DNA of 64,000 nt, taken from the IMG/VR virus record IMGVR_UViG_3300007171_000004, positions 224,001 through 288,000 of that record; one strand, given 5' to 3'. The position numbers were made by a program, and so were the translations under genes. This DNA is from a virus. Taxonomy: Duplodnaviria > Caudoviricetes. The notes beneath the pieces are model-generated. The model was not told the DNA's origin and ran no database searches. It was given only the letters and a program-made list of their open reading frames with translations. Positions 10,295 to 20,252 of this stretch are shown one piece after another; position 1 is the stretch's first letter; each line of letters starts with the position of its first letter.

Positions 10295-10856
10295 TTTTAT
10301 TCCATATCAAATTAAGTTTATTTGTGTCATTAATATTATATGCATCATCTACATCTAAATATACCCTTTCAAAAAAATCATCTAAAAAGGGATATTTGCT
10401 TTGATATTTATGAATTCTATCAGTTATAGCAAAAAGATATGTATTTTTATTTAAACCACCAATTAATCCACTAGTAAAGCTTCTATTCAAATAATCGTTG
10501 ATAGTACTTTTAATTTTATTTACTGTCAATGACATCTCATATTCTTCAGCTTGTGCAGAAACGCCAGCACAAATTGAAAGCTTTTGTATTGCAGCTGGAA
10601 AAGAGATAGATTCAATCTTTTGAACTAAATTAATTAAATTTCCAGTCTCACCACATCCAAAACAATTAAAATAATCAGATTCAAGATTATAACCAAAAGA
10701 TGGAGACCTGTCGTTATGATCTGGAAAAGGGCATGAACAATTAAGCCAGTTATTTCCAGACTCAACAAATTCTAAATCGTATTCATTTTCTAAAAAAGCC
10801 CTAGAGTCTAGAGCTTTTAGTATTTCTTTAATGTATTCTTGAGAGTATTGAATCAT
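10251..10856 (-). CDS. Stand-alone CHC2 zinc-finger (primase zinc-binding domain) protein
   Basis: CSCPFPDHNDRSPSF...FNCFGCG...GNLINLVQKIESISFPAAIQKL, the DnaG ZBD signature. Confidence 0.9.
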   Translation of the reverse strand: MIQYSQEYIKEILKALDSRAFLENEYDLEFVESGNNWLNCSCPFPDHNDRSPSFGYNLESDYFNCFGCGETGNLINLVQKIESISFPAAIQKLSICAGVSAQAEEYEMSLTVNKIKSTINDYLNRSFTSGLIGGLNKNTYLFAITDRIHKYQSKYPFLDDFFERVYLDVDDAYNINDTNKLNLIWNKIGDKVKEHAKRHMG

Positions 10857-12460
10857 TATAATTTCCAGCCAGATAAATCCATTGTATCGATAATAGAAGA
10901 TGTGTCAAGAGGAGCAAAGTCATCATCATCTTCATCTTTTGAACTTCCTATAATATTAGTTGCTTTAATTTCAGCAGTTGGTTTATCAGTTTTTTGCCCA
11001 TTAGATAGATCATGAAAAGCCATAATAGTTTCTTTCTCTCGTTCATCCATTTCTCTGATTTTATTATATTCTGGATCTAAAGAAATAGGGAATGGGAAGA
11101 AATATGCATCTCTCATTTTGACAGGATGGACAATACAATAATTCTTTTCACGATTGGGTTCAATGGCTACAGCATAGGTACAAAGGTGCAAAAGAGCTTG
11201 TCCTCCAGATGCAGCAGCCTGATCGTAAGACATGAATTTCTTATTTTCTTTTTGCTTTCTTGCATCACGAATTGTTTCTCTATTAATCTGTTGTGCTGTA
11301 ATGACTGGAATACTATATCGCTTTGCCATCTTAAATAATTCATTAACAGCCTTAGTTTGATTTTCCCAATCCTTGGAGCCATTAGGAGCATTTCTGACAG
11401 TCATATTTCCAATATAGTCAACAACAAGAAGATCTGGCTTGCCCTTGGTTTTTATAAGCTCTTTGATTCTAGAGTCAATATATTCTGGAGTAGGATCTTC
11501 CATGTTAACATCGTATTCAAAATATGGGCCATCTTTCATAGATTTTAGGCCATTTAATACTTTCTTTAGTTCTGCTGCATCAAGTTGTTGGTCTTTAACT
11601 TGTGCATAAGGAATTTCAAACTTCAATGAAATGTGCCTAAGTAAACAAAGCCAAGAATTCATTTCAAAGGACATGTACAGAACATTTTTCTTAGCAACTT
11701 CATTTGCATGTAAAGCTGCATTGAGCATAAATACACTCTTACCACCAGAAGATGGAGCCAAGAATACAATAATCTGTCCTGGAAGAAATCCAAAAGTTTT
11801 AGAATCAAGCTCTTTAATTCCACAAGTTATGCCCTTATATAACTCAGGGTTTTCAATTCTCTTTGTATATTCTTTTTCAAAATATTCTGAAGAATCAGCA
11901 ATATCCAAAGTATGGGCTTCTCCACCTCTGTCATGAAGTTCTTTATCTAATTGTTCGACTACTTCTGTAATTGATTTATAAGTTTCATCAAGATTCTTAC
12001 TTACAAGATTATTATGAGTATCATCCATAAGTTGTTTGATGATACGTAAAGCTTGTCGTTTTTTAAGTTCTTCAATTAATTGAGGAAGATCATCAGGATT
12101 AACGTCACAATCATTAATCTCAGACCACAAAAGCATGAATTTAGTGCGTTCAGCTTCACTAACTCCGCTAGAATTTAATTTATGCTGAAATACAAAATCA
12201 GTGTAAGAAGAAACATCATTCTTCTTATAATATGCACAAATCATATTATAAATAGCTCTTACAAATGATTTGTTACTTTCGACATCCATAGAATAGAAAT
12301 GCTTACTTGTAATTGCTTTTTCATTAAATTTATCATAAGTCTTAACGGTAGACTTCAGGTGTGCTAATGCTAGGATTTCAAGTTCAAGTTGGTCAAATTT
12401 ATTCATTTTTGTACGCTCGGCAATTTTATGTTCAAACATTCTTCTAACAGCGAAGTCCAT
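10856..12460 (-). CDS. dnaB: Replicative DNA helicase, DnaB family
   Basis: GITCGIKELD, Walker A APSSGGKS, LYMSFEM, LLVVDYIG, VITAQQINR. Confidence 0.92.
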   Translation of the reverse strand: MDFAVRRMFEHKIAERTKMNKFDQLELEILALAHLKSTVKTYDKFNEKAITSKHFYSMDVESNKSFVRAIYNMICAYYKKNDVSSYTDFVFQHKLNSSGVSEAERTKFMLLWSEINDCDVNPDDLPQLIEELKKRQALRIIKQLMDDTHNNLVSKNLDETYKSITEVVEQLDKELHDRGGEAHTLDIADSSEYFEKEYTKRIENPELYKGITCGIKELDSKTFGFLPGQIIVFLAPSSGGKSVFMLNAALHANEVAKKNVLYMSFEMNSWLCLLRHISLKFEIPYAQVKDQQLDAAELKKVLNGLKSMKDGPYFEYDVNMEDPTPEYIDSRIKELIKTKGKPDLLVVDYIGNMTVRNAPNGSKDWENQTKAVNELFKMAKRYSIPVITAQQINRETIRDARKQKENKKFMSYDQAAASGGQALLHLCTYAVAIEPNREKNYCIVHPVKMRDAYFFPFPISLDPEYNKIREMDEREKETIMAFHDLSNGQKTDKPTAEIKATNIIGSSKDEDDDDFAPLDTSSIIDTMDLSGWKL

Positions 12461-13203
12461 CCAGATACTTTTGAAATCTGGTCATGAGTTCCATTAGATG
12501 AAATTACAGTAGGATATCCAGAATTTAATCTAGCTTTACATATTCTATCCAAAGATTGATTAAAGAATGGATTGTTGTTTGAAATATGTTCTACTCCATC
12601 AATACATACTAACTCATAATTAGCAAAAATATCTTTAACCTCATCAATTTCAGATCTATTGTCAAAATCAGACATAAGACTAACTAAGTCAGACCATTCA
12701 TAGTACATTGTTGTCAAAGATTGATTGATAGCTGATTGTGCAATTACAGAATTAATAAAAGATTTTCCTGAACCTTGATTGCCAGTAAATAAAATAGAAT
12801 GAAGTTTGCTTTTTACATTGCCATCATGTTGTAAATAGATACTCTTGCCTTGAACAATAACTGATAAATTAGACGAATAAAATTTAACTAACTTCTTGAT
12901 ATTTGTACTTGTTATTTGTTGAGATCCTAATGAATTGCCACTAGAATCAGCATGAATATTCCAGTCTTCTATAGTTTTGTGCCAATATTTTCTAGGCAAG
13001 TTTGATTTGATGTAAATTTCTTTAAGCATCTTAGATTTAGCACAAGAGCATACAATAACTTGACCATCTGAATTAAGAGCATATCCACGGTAGCTGCATT
13101 CAACACAGCCCTTACCAGTTTTTTTACGTTCTTCTAAAGCTCTTGAATCAATTGAATCAACATCAACACCTAAAGATTTCAGAAAATTGGAATTAGCACT
13201 CAT
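12403..13203 (-). CDS. DnaC/DnaI-like helicase loader
   Basis: N-terminal CVEC...CSC zinc site, Walker A GNQGSGKS, degenerate Walker B VCIDG, PTVISSN; adjacent to dnaB. Confidence 0.75.
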   Translation of the reverse strand: MSANSNFLKSLGVDVDSIDSRALEERKKTGKGCVECSYRGYALNSDGQVIVCSCAKSKMLKEIYIKSNLPRKYWHKTIEDWNIHADSSGNSLGSQQITSTNIKKLVKFYSSNLSVIVQGKSIYLQHDGNVKSKLHSILFTGNQGSGKSFINSVIAQSAINQSLTTMYYEWSDLVSLMSDFDNRSEIDEVKDIFANYELVCIDGVEHISNNNPFFNQSLDRICKARLNSGYPTVISSNGTHDQISKVSGWTSLLEECLNIKLPSVQK

Positions 13204-13218
13204 GCATCTATTGTACCG

Positions 13219-14781
13219 TTAGAATTTCTGTGATGCATTCCTTGCTCTATTATTTGCCCATTTTCTTAAGGCATTTATTGATTCAGCCATAGTTTTGGAC
13301 AAAGGAACAGTTTCTTTGATAGCTTTTTCTAAATCACTATTATTTATTTCTCTAGAATAATAAAATGCTTCATACATAGCAGATACAATAGAAGCTTCAA
13401 TCTCAGCGCCAGTGAATCCATCAGTTTTTTCAACTAATCTAACAACATCGAAATTTTTTGGGTCTCTATTTCGTTTTTTAAGATGAATTTCAAAAATAAC
13501 TTGTCTTTCGTATGCATCAGGAAGATCTACAAAGAATATTTCGTCGAATCTACCCTTGCGTAAAAGTTCAGGAGGTAATTGAGAAACATCATTGGCAGTA
13601 GCAACAACAAATACAGGACTTTTCTTTTCTTGCATCCATGTTAGCCAAGATCCCATAACTCTTGAAGTTGTTCCACCATCAGTCATAGAAGAGCTTGAAG
13701 TGCCTGACATTCCCTTGTCAATTTCATCACACCATAAAATAGCTGGCGCAACACTTTCTGCAACTTTAAAAACTTGTCTCATGTTGCTTTCAGAGGAGCC
13801 TACTAGACCAGAAAAGATTTTGCCCATATCCAATCTTAGTAGGGGAAAATTCCAATAGTTTGCAACAGCCTTGGCACATAATGATTTACCAGCTCCCTGA
13901 ACTCCAACTAATAATATGCCCTTAGGATTTTCAGGTAAGCCAAATTCTACTGCTTCTTGTGTAAATGCTCGTTTTCTTGTATTAAGCCAGTTTTTGAGCT
14001 CATCTAAACCACCAACTGAATCTAAATCTGCATTTACATCAATCCAATCTAACAACCCTGACTTCCTAATAATATCTTTCTTTTGTTTGATAATTTCTTC
14101 AGGATTTAATTCATTGTTTTTGATAAAATTGTATGCACAAACTTGCTCACACTCAGTTAAAGTTAGTCCCTGAAATGAATCTACAATTTTCTCAAGTTCT
14201 TCTTTTGAATAATCTAATTTTAATTTTGTACTTTTTCTGGACTTAAGAGTTTCTAACATTTGTAGAATTTTTTCATTCAAATGTTCTTTTTCAGGAAGTG
14301 GCCAATCAATAATAGCTACATTTTTTTCTAATTCTTGTGGTAATTCAAGTTCAGGAGAAAGAATTATAAGAGCTTTATTCTTAGTGATGCAATTTATAGA
14401 TAGATTTCTCAAATGTCTTGTCAGAGAAATTTCAATTTGACCTTGTATAGATTTTAGACCAAAAAATTTATTAAAATCTTTCAATATTAAAATAAAAAAC
14501 TTATCTCTGGGAACTTCAAGATCATCGAACCATTGTAAAATTTCTACCTGATCCATTTTTCTTTGAGCTTTGTCAGGCAATAATTCATCTGAAGTTCCTG
14601 ATAAACCGCTAATAATATCCCAGAATCCAATATTAAATTCCATAGTTGCGTTTTTGAATAGATTCTTAATTGATTCTATCACTCGCATTTCTTCATGGGA
14701 TATTAAATAAATGATTGGCCTCTTAGATCTAAGATGCCAATCAAGTTCTTTCAATGCAATGTCGTGGTTAGAGTTATTCAT
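13219..14781 (-). CDS. AAA+ ATPase, Ycf46-like
   Basis: VGGLDELKNWL, GILLVGVQGAGKSLCAK, ILWCDEIDKG, VVATAND, LLRKGRFDEIFFVDLP, GFTGAEIE. Confidence 0.88.
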   Translation of the reverse strand: MNNSNHDIALKELDWHLRSKRPIIYLISHEEMRVIESIKNLFKNATMEFNIGFWDIISGLSGTSDELLPDKAQRKMDQVEILQWFDDLEVPRDKFFILILKDFNKFFGLKSIQGQIEISLTRHLRNLSINCITKNKALIILSPELELPQELEKNVAIIDWPLPEKEHLNEKILQMLETLKSRKSTKLKLDYSKEELEKIVDSFQGLTLTECEQVCAYNFIKNNELNPEEIIKQKKDIIRKSGLLDWIDVNADLDSVGGLDELKNWLNTRKRAFTQEAVEFGLPENPKGILLVGVQGAGKSLCAKAVANYWNFPLLRLDMGKIFSGLVGSSESNMRQVFKVAESVAPAILWCDEIDKGMSGTSSSSMTDGGTTSRVMGSWLTWMQEKKSPVFVVATANDVSQLPPELLRKGRFDEIFFVDLPDAYERQVIFEIHLKKRNRDPKNFDVVRLVEKTDGFTGAEIEASIVSAMYEAFYYSREINNSDLEKAIKETVPLSKTMAESINALRKWANNRARNASQKF

Positions 14782-15632
14782 AATTTGGTTAGCCTATTAT
14801 ATTCTTTTAGTGGCTTACCCTTATAATCCTCATCTCTCCACCATTTTTCATTATAATAGTCTTTGCAATATTTAGATAAAGACACTCTCCAGTCAAGCAT
14901 AGAAAAATTATCTGAATATGGAGAACGGAGAATTGATCTTTGGAATATTTGAGAAACCCTTAATTGAGATTGTATATCGCCTTGTCTAAGCTTTTCAATA
15001 TATGCAATTAGACCTTTAAATACAACATCATAAGAAACTCCCTTATACTGAACGAAATATGTTGCAGCTACGGGAATTCCAAATCTTGCAAAAATTTCAC
15101 TAACCTTGCCTTCTCGATCTGCTTCCTGAATCTCATCTAAAATATTCTCTTCTTGATGTGATCTGTCTATTTTATTATCTTCAACTTGTGGCAAAATTTC
15201 TTCTTGAAAAAAGTAATTAATCATTTTAAAGACAGCATTAGAATCAATAAATGAAGTATGTTTTAGAACTTCATCTGTGTTTTCAAATACCCAGTCGATT
15301 AATTTTTTAGTATAAATTCGTTTATTGACACCATTTGAAGCCATAAATCTCATGATATCGTTGAAAACTTTACCATCAGATCCATAGACTTTTCGGTATT
15401 TATTATTAAACTTCTTATAATACTCCAAAGAAAAATAGTCAACAAATGTTCTTGCAGTCCAATCTTTAACATCATGGGCAAGAAGATTTGGGGTTAATCT
15501 CTTATCTTCAGTTGATATTTTTCTAGTTCTTGTGATTTTGAAAGGGTTTGATAAACTTTCTTTTTCAGGAACAGGTGTAGCCATTATCTCTTTAACCATT
15601 TCTAACAATTCATCGCTCATCGATTGCTTCAA
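14778..15632 (-). CDS. Hypothetical protein
   Basis: 284-aa ORF coupled to neighbours. Confidence 0.8.
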   Translation of the reverse strand: MKQSMSDELLEMVKEIMATPVPEKESLSNPFKITRTRKISTEDKRLTPNLLAHDVKDWTARTFVDYFSLEYYKKFNNKYRKVYGSDGKVFNDIMRFMASNGVNKRIYTKKLIDWVFENTDEVLKHTSFIDSNAVFKMINYFFQEEILPQVEDNKIDRSHQEENILDEIQEADREGKVSEIFARFGIPVAATYFVQYKGVSYDVVFKGLIAYIEKLRQGDIQSQLRVSQIFQRSILRSPYSDNFSMLDWRVSLSKYCKDYYNEKWWRDEDYKGKPLKEYNRLTKL

Positions 15633-16347
15633 TATCCTCTGACAAATTCATTTCATCCATTAAATCATCATAATTCATTTCAACCACAAGAGCATGTTTT
15701 TCTTCGTTGTGTTTTACTTGAAATATTTGATTAGCTGGTTTGCCAAATACATCTACTCTATGAGATGTAAATATTAATTGTATGTTCTCTGACTCAGAAT
15801 ATTCTTTCAGAAAACTAGCTAATTTAATAATCTTGTCGTCAGCAGAAAGATGTTTTAAAGTCTCATCTAGTAATACAGGTCCTTGATATCCCTTAAACTT
15901 TAATAGAGCAAAACTAAATGCTAATCCAACAACTTCAATTAAACCACCGCCTCTAGAATTTACAACACCAGTCTCTAGAATTGAATCATTATAAACTGAT
16001 CTAATTCTAATCTCACATTTAAAATCATTTTTGCCTTTTTCTCTTTGTTCATCATGAGTATCAAAGAAAACAGCATAGTCTGAACCATAAATCTCTTGAA
16101 TAAAGGTAGTTGCAGTTACTTCAAGAAAATCAAAAAACTCTTTCTTTTTTTCAAGTGCGATTCTATTCAAAAGTGCTACAGATTTTACCAATTGATTTTT
16201 AAGAGCTTTATTGTCAGCTATTTTAGATTCTAGTGTTTCAATTCTTTGCTTTAAATCATCTCTAAGGTTGACCTGAGTATTCAAGTCAACCTTATAATTA
16301 TCTAAAAACTGTTTACATTCAAGCAGATTCATTTTCAATGTTCTCAA
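15610..16347 (-). CDS. sbcC: SbcC/Rad50-like ATPase, C-terminal half
   Basis: N-terminal coiled coil, then signature-like SRGGG, Walker B/D-loop VLLDETLKHL and H-loop IFTSH; no Walker A. Confidence 0.8.
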   Translation of the reverse strand: MRTLKMNLLECKQFLDNYKVDLNTQVNLRDDLKQRIETLESKIADNKALKNQLVKSVALLNRIALEKKKEFFDFLEVTATTFIQEIYGSDYAVFFDTHDEQREKGKNDFKCEIRIRSVYNDSILETGVVNSRGGGLIEVVGLAFSFALLKFKGYQGPVLLDETLKHLSADDKIIKLASFLKEYSESENIQLIFTSHRVDVFGKPANQIFQVKHNEEKHALVVEMNYDDLMDEMNLSEDIEAIDER

Positions 16348-16612
16348 TACTCTGATTCAACTTTGTGATTTCTTCCTCTAGCTCAATTGTAAGAGAGTCA
16401 ATCTTTTCTTTCAGCATCTTTGGAAGGCAATTATAAAGTTCTTGGCATTGAGTCTCAAGATCTGTCTTTTCCTTTAGCAATGTCTCATACTGCTCATTAA
16501 GGGTTTTCGTTGCTCCCTTGGCTTCTGAAATCTTGGTGTTAATCTTTTCAATTTCTTCAATATAATTCATCATTCTACTCCTGACTGTAAATAGTATCAC
16601 GCATTCTATCAA
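16319..16612 (-). CDS. Small coiled-coil protein, possibly a middle segment of split SbcC
   Basis: 97 aa with heptad-like charge pattern; lies between sbcD and the SbcC C-half. Confidence 0.6.
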   Translation of the reverse strand: MIECVILFTVRSRMMNYIEEIEKINTKISEAKGATKTLNEQYETLLKEKTDLETQCQELYNCLPKMLKEKIDSLTIELEEEITKLNQSIENIENESA

Positions 16613-17558
16613 CTGACAATGCTATTACATCTTCTTCAATGTTATTTTCTTTGCCATATTCTTTAATAAGTTGAATAGGATCATTAATAAGATTGAATTT
16701 CTTCATATCAATTTCAGAGAGCTTGCGAATATAAGCACTATTAGATTTGATTTCCTTTTTCTTAGTCTCTTTAGCTGAAAAATTAAAAATCATCTCTGCT
16801 GGTAAAGAACTTTCAAGCTTATGATATTCGACATTATAGATAGTACCCTCAAGATCATAAACAACAGATACTACATTAATATCCCTGCAAATAATTTCAG
16901 GTTGCATAGCGTATCTACCAACACTACCCGGATTTATAAACTGAACTCCATCTTCTCGCTTTTGTTGCATAGGAGAATGAATATGTCCACTTAAAACCAA
17001 TTTAGTTGATGGATGAAACTTAGTGTCCTTAAAAATTACACCCTCAAAATCTCTTGCTGGAACTGTCATTAAAGAAGCATGTAAAGCAAGGATAGGATAA
17101 TTTACGTTTTGAAGTTTACCAGCACGAATATCAGCATCAAGTTTAGGATAAAAATGTCCCAAATAGATTCCTAGATGATCTATGCTTTCACAATACTCCA
17201 ATAATCCGCTTGAAAACAATGTATTTAAACTAGACATTGGAAGATTAGACATGTTGTGACCAATATCATGATTGCCAATAACTGCGTAAGATTTAAATGG
17301 CCAAGGTTTACCAGTTTCATCACTTCTTAAAGCATGTAAAAGCTTAGATACAATTGTAGGCTGCACAACTGTTTTATCAAAAATATCTCCAAGAAAAACA
17401 ACAGCATCAACTTTCTGATCCCGCCCAATTTGAAGACACTCTAGAAATTCTTTAGCAGAAGTTTCACAATAATTATCTAATCTTCCCGGAGGTTGCTTTG
17501 ATGCGCAGTGATTATCTCCTACAAATAAAACCTTAAATTTACTCAACTTCTTCTCCAA
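16575..17558 (-). CDS. sbcD: SbcD/Mre11-like metallophosphoesterase nuclease
   Basis: VGDNH, FLGDIFD, IGNHD, LHA, LSGHIH, INPGSVGR motifs. Confidence 0.9.
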   Translation of the reverse strand: MEKKLSKFKVLFVGDNHCASKQPPGRLDNYCETSAKEFLECLQIGRDQKVDAVVFLGDIFDKTVVQPTIVSKLLHALRSDETGKPWPFKSYAVIGNHDIGHNMSNLPMSSLNTLFSSGLLEYCESIDHLGIYLGHFYPKLDADIRAGKLQNVNYPILALHASLMTVPARDFEGVIFKDTKFHPSTKLVLSGHIHSPMQQKREDGVQFINPGSVGRYAMQPEIICRDINVVSVVYDLEGTIYNVEYHKLESSLPAEMIFNFSAKETKKKEIKSNSAYIRKLSEIDMKKFNLINDPIQLIKEYGKENNIEEDVIALSVDRMRDTIYSQE

Positions 17559-18840
17559 TTAAGTTTACTGTACCACAACTTGAGCACTCAAAAGATTTCA
17601 TAGACTTAAGTTTTTCAAGTTGTTCGATCTGCCCATAAAAGAAATCTATCTCTTCCTGTTTTGCTTTTAATGAATTTTTAACTTCATTGTAAGATACGAT
17701 TTGGCTCTTACATGTTGAAAAGAAATTTTGCATATTAACCAAAGCTTCTTTCTTTTCATTGATGGATTTAATTTGAGCTACAATCTTTTTATCAGCTATC
17801 AGTTTACATCGTTCTAGCTCAGCCCTATTCTTATTAATTTTAAGGCTCAAATCTTCATGTTTTTTAACCATTTCCTTAGAAGATCTATATAATGACATTT
17901 TTGATTTAATAACTTCAAATTGTTCAATATTATCTTCTGACAAAATGCTATCATAAATCCGTTTCTTGTTTTTTAAATTGCTAATATTATCAGAGACTTT
18001 ATTATAATTTGATTGAAACGAGGCAAGAGATTGTATAGTCTTGTTGTTTTCTTTAATTAATTGAAAACTAGGCTCATGGTTAGCAATACTTTGATGATAT
18101 TCTAGGCTCTTCTTAGTATTTTTAATCTGCCTTATGTTGTTCAATGCAGTTTGGTAAAAATCACTTAAAATTTCAAGATTAGATTCTTTAACTGAGCAAT
18201 TTTCATAGATTAAAGACATTCTGTTAAGATCGATAAGTTTGTCATCCAAATTATCATAATCTTTCATCTTGTCATTTAATTCAGATAGAGTAGTTAAGTC
18301 GTCTTTAATTTTGCTTTCAACTTGATTGGCTTCAGAGTTCATCTTTTTACCACACGAATCAAAATAATCAAGTTTAATTAGTCTTGATATAAATCTTGGT
18401 AACTCTGTGGAAGATAAGCTAGTAAGACAGGGTGGCGTAAATTGTCCTAGATATGCTAAAGAACCTAAACCAGAATCATCAACTATATCACTGTTTCCAA
18501 GAAGCTTTTTAATTGCATCAGTGTATTTAGAGCCAAAGTTGTGAAATTCTTGAGGTTCTTCATCAGGTGCGTAGTAAGTAAATACATTCTTAGATGGTCC
18601 TTTAGATCTAACAAATTTACGACCATCTACAAGTTCTACTGTGACTGTTGTATATTGAGCGCCTAAAGTTACAAAGCCTTTATCAAACTCATCATGTAGG
18701 ACAAAATTCATAGCTCTATTAATAGCTGTTTTGCCTCCATTACTTGTACCCGTGATAAGGTTAATGTTGCTATCAAAATCAATAACAGTGTGGTGATGAT
18801 TTTGAAAGTTCTCTAATGTAAGTGTTTTAATTTTGTCCAT
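17539..18840 (-). CDS. sbcC: SbcC/Rad50-like ATPase, N-terminal half ending in a CxxC zinc hook
   Basis: LTLENFQNH, Walker A GTSNGGKT, Q-loop YLGQ, long coiled coil, C-terminal FECSSCG; no Walker B. Confidence 0.85.
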   Translation of the reverse strand: MDKIKTLTLENFQNHHHTVIDFDSNINLITGTSNGGKTAINRAMNFVLHDEFDKGFVTLGAQYTTVTVELVDGRKFVRSKGPSKNVFTYYAPDEEPQEFHNFGSKYTDAIKKLLGNSDIVDDSGLGSLAYLGQFTPPCLTSLSSTELPRFISRLIKLDYFDSCGKKMNSEANQVESKIKDDLTTLSELNDKMKDYDNLDDKLIDLNRMSLIYENCSVKESNLEILSDFYQTALNNIRQIKNTKKSLEYHQSIANHEPSFQLIKENNKTIQSLASFQSNYNKVSDNISNLKNKKRIYDSILSEDNIEQFEVIKSKMSLYRSSKEMVKKHEDLSLKINKNRAELERCKLIADKKIVAQIKSINEKKEALVNMQNFFSTCKSQIVSYNEVKNSLKAKQEEIDFFYGQIEQLEKLKSMKSFECSSCGTVNLIGEEVE

Positions 18841-18842
18841 AA

Positions 18843-19334
18843 TTAGTCCAGTAATATTTTATCCATAATAGTAGCAAAGTGCAATGAGATAAATTCTTCT
18901 TTTGGCTGATAATTCATAGATGGGGTTATTTTGTTATGTATCTCAATTCGGTCAATACTAGGATTTATTAATTGTATAGGACTATGAACCAATTCACAGC
19001 ACCTTTCTTGTGAATCACTTAAATTGTAATATCTCTTACAATGCAAACATTCAAAAGCAGATTTTTTGAAATATATAAGAAAACCAAGTTCATTTAGGTT
19101 CAAATCAGATTGAAATTCAAAAATCACTTTGTCATAATTTTTGTAGAATTTTTTAAGAAACCCAAGAGAATGATTTTTGTATATTATTCTTACTTGTTTT
19201 TGGCTGCTAATTGAAAAATTTTTAATATCAATAAGAAATCCACAAGTAGTGAGCATGTTGTTTTCAAAAAGTATCGCATGAAATTTATTAGAATCTTGAG
19301 TAAGAGATTCACGATTTAAAAGAGAGAGATTCAT
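18843..19334 (-). CDS. Hypothetical protein with CxxC...CC motif
   Basis: FECLHC...RCCE; first gene of the minus-strand operon. Confidence 0.6.
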   Translation of the reverse strand: MNLSLLNRESLTQDSNKFHAILFENNMLTTCGFLIDIKNFSISSQKQVRIIYKNHSLGFLKKFYKNYDKVIFEFQSDLNLNELGFLIYFKKSAFECLHCKRYYNLSDSQERCCELVHSPIQLINPSIDRIEIHNKITPSMNYQPKEEFISLHFATIMDKILLD

Positions 19335-19532
19335 ATGATTATTAAAATTGACAGAGATATGATTGTAACTGAATTATATCAACTTAGAGCTATTGTTACA
19401 AATATTTCCACTGACCCATTAGAAACAGAAGACGCTAGAAAAAAGATTGATGAATTAATCAATTTAATTTCTCTAGCGCCTCAAAGTGAAAACAATTCTA
19501 GCTTTCCGAAAATTTCAGTTAAAAGAGGTTAG
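19335..19532 (+). CDS. Small hypothetical protein (start uncertain)
   Basis: 65-aa helical ORF head-to-head with the neighbour with no intergenic space, so one start is probably mis-called. Confidence 0.4.
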   Translation: MIIKIDRDMIVTELYQLRAIVTNISTDPLETEDARKKIDELINLISLAPQSENNSSFPKISVKRG

Positions 19533-20251
19533 ATCTCCAAATCCGGTAATGAAATGTTTACATAAAAAGGCTCATCTGTCTCAACACTAGCGTATACAGA
19601 TGTGGAAATTCGATAAACATTTCTAGATCCTGTGTGCGGACATTCAATTTGCCAGCTGTTATCATCGCAAGGTATAATCTTTCCTCTCTTAAGAGATTTA
19701 GGATTATTGATAGCATATGATGTGGAAGAACTTACCTCTTCATTCCATTTAAAAATTCCGTTAGCTCTTAAACCTTCATCAGACATTTCTTCTTCCGTCA
19801 TATCGTCGAGTAAATCGAGCATATCAATAAGGAAATCTTGTCCATCTTCTGTGGTCACTGTCTCATAGTTAGCCATTGCATCAGAGTTTTCTTGAATTTC
19901 ATCATTGAACTTTGAATTGTCTACAGATGAAACTGAAGATTCTTTTGGAATAATTGAATTGTAAGAACCGCTTTGATAAGTTTTAAATACATCAAAGACA
20001 GAAACATTATTTTGCTTTTGTAATGTGTAAAGAACGCTGTATGCAAGCTTCTTAAATGATGGAGCGAAGCCATTCAGTTTTACAGTACAATTGTCGTCAT
20101 TAAATTCAAGCTTACCAACTTCCATAACACCAACATTGGGAGACAGCAAAGCAGTGAACAATTTCATTCCAGATTCATTTTCTGAGGTTGTCAAATCACT
20201 CATCAATGCTTCAAATCGTTCACGACCACGAGTAAGATTAAAGTTTTCCAT
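19529..20251 (-). CDS. Acidic hypothetical protein
   Basis: 240-aa ORF with typical composition. Confidence 0.75.
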   Translation of the reverse strand: MENFNLTRGRERFEALMSDLTTSENESGMKLFTALLSPNVGVMEVGKLEFNDDNCTVKLNGFAPSFKKLAYSVLYTLQKQNNVSVFDVFKTYQSGSYNSIIPKESSVSSVDNSKFNDEIQENSDAMANYETVTTEDGQDFLIDMLDLLDDMTEEEMSDEGLRANGIFKWNEEVSSSTSYAINNPKSLKRGKIIPCDDNSWQIECPHTGSRNVYRISTSVYASVETDEPFYVNISLPDLEI

Positions 20252-20252
20252 A

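Noticed and set aside
15610-18840. Split sbcC as a frameshifted pseudogene
   Set aside because: The halves are separated by an intact sbcD and another ORF, keep all ATPase motifs between them, and are translationally coupled.
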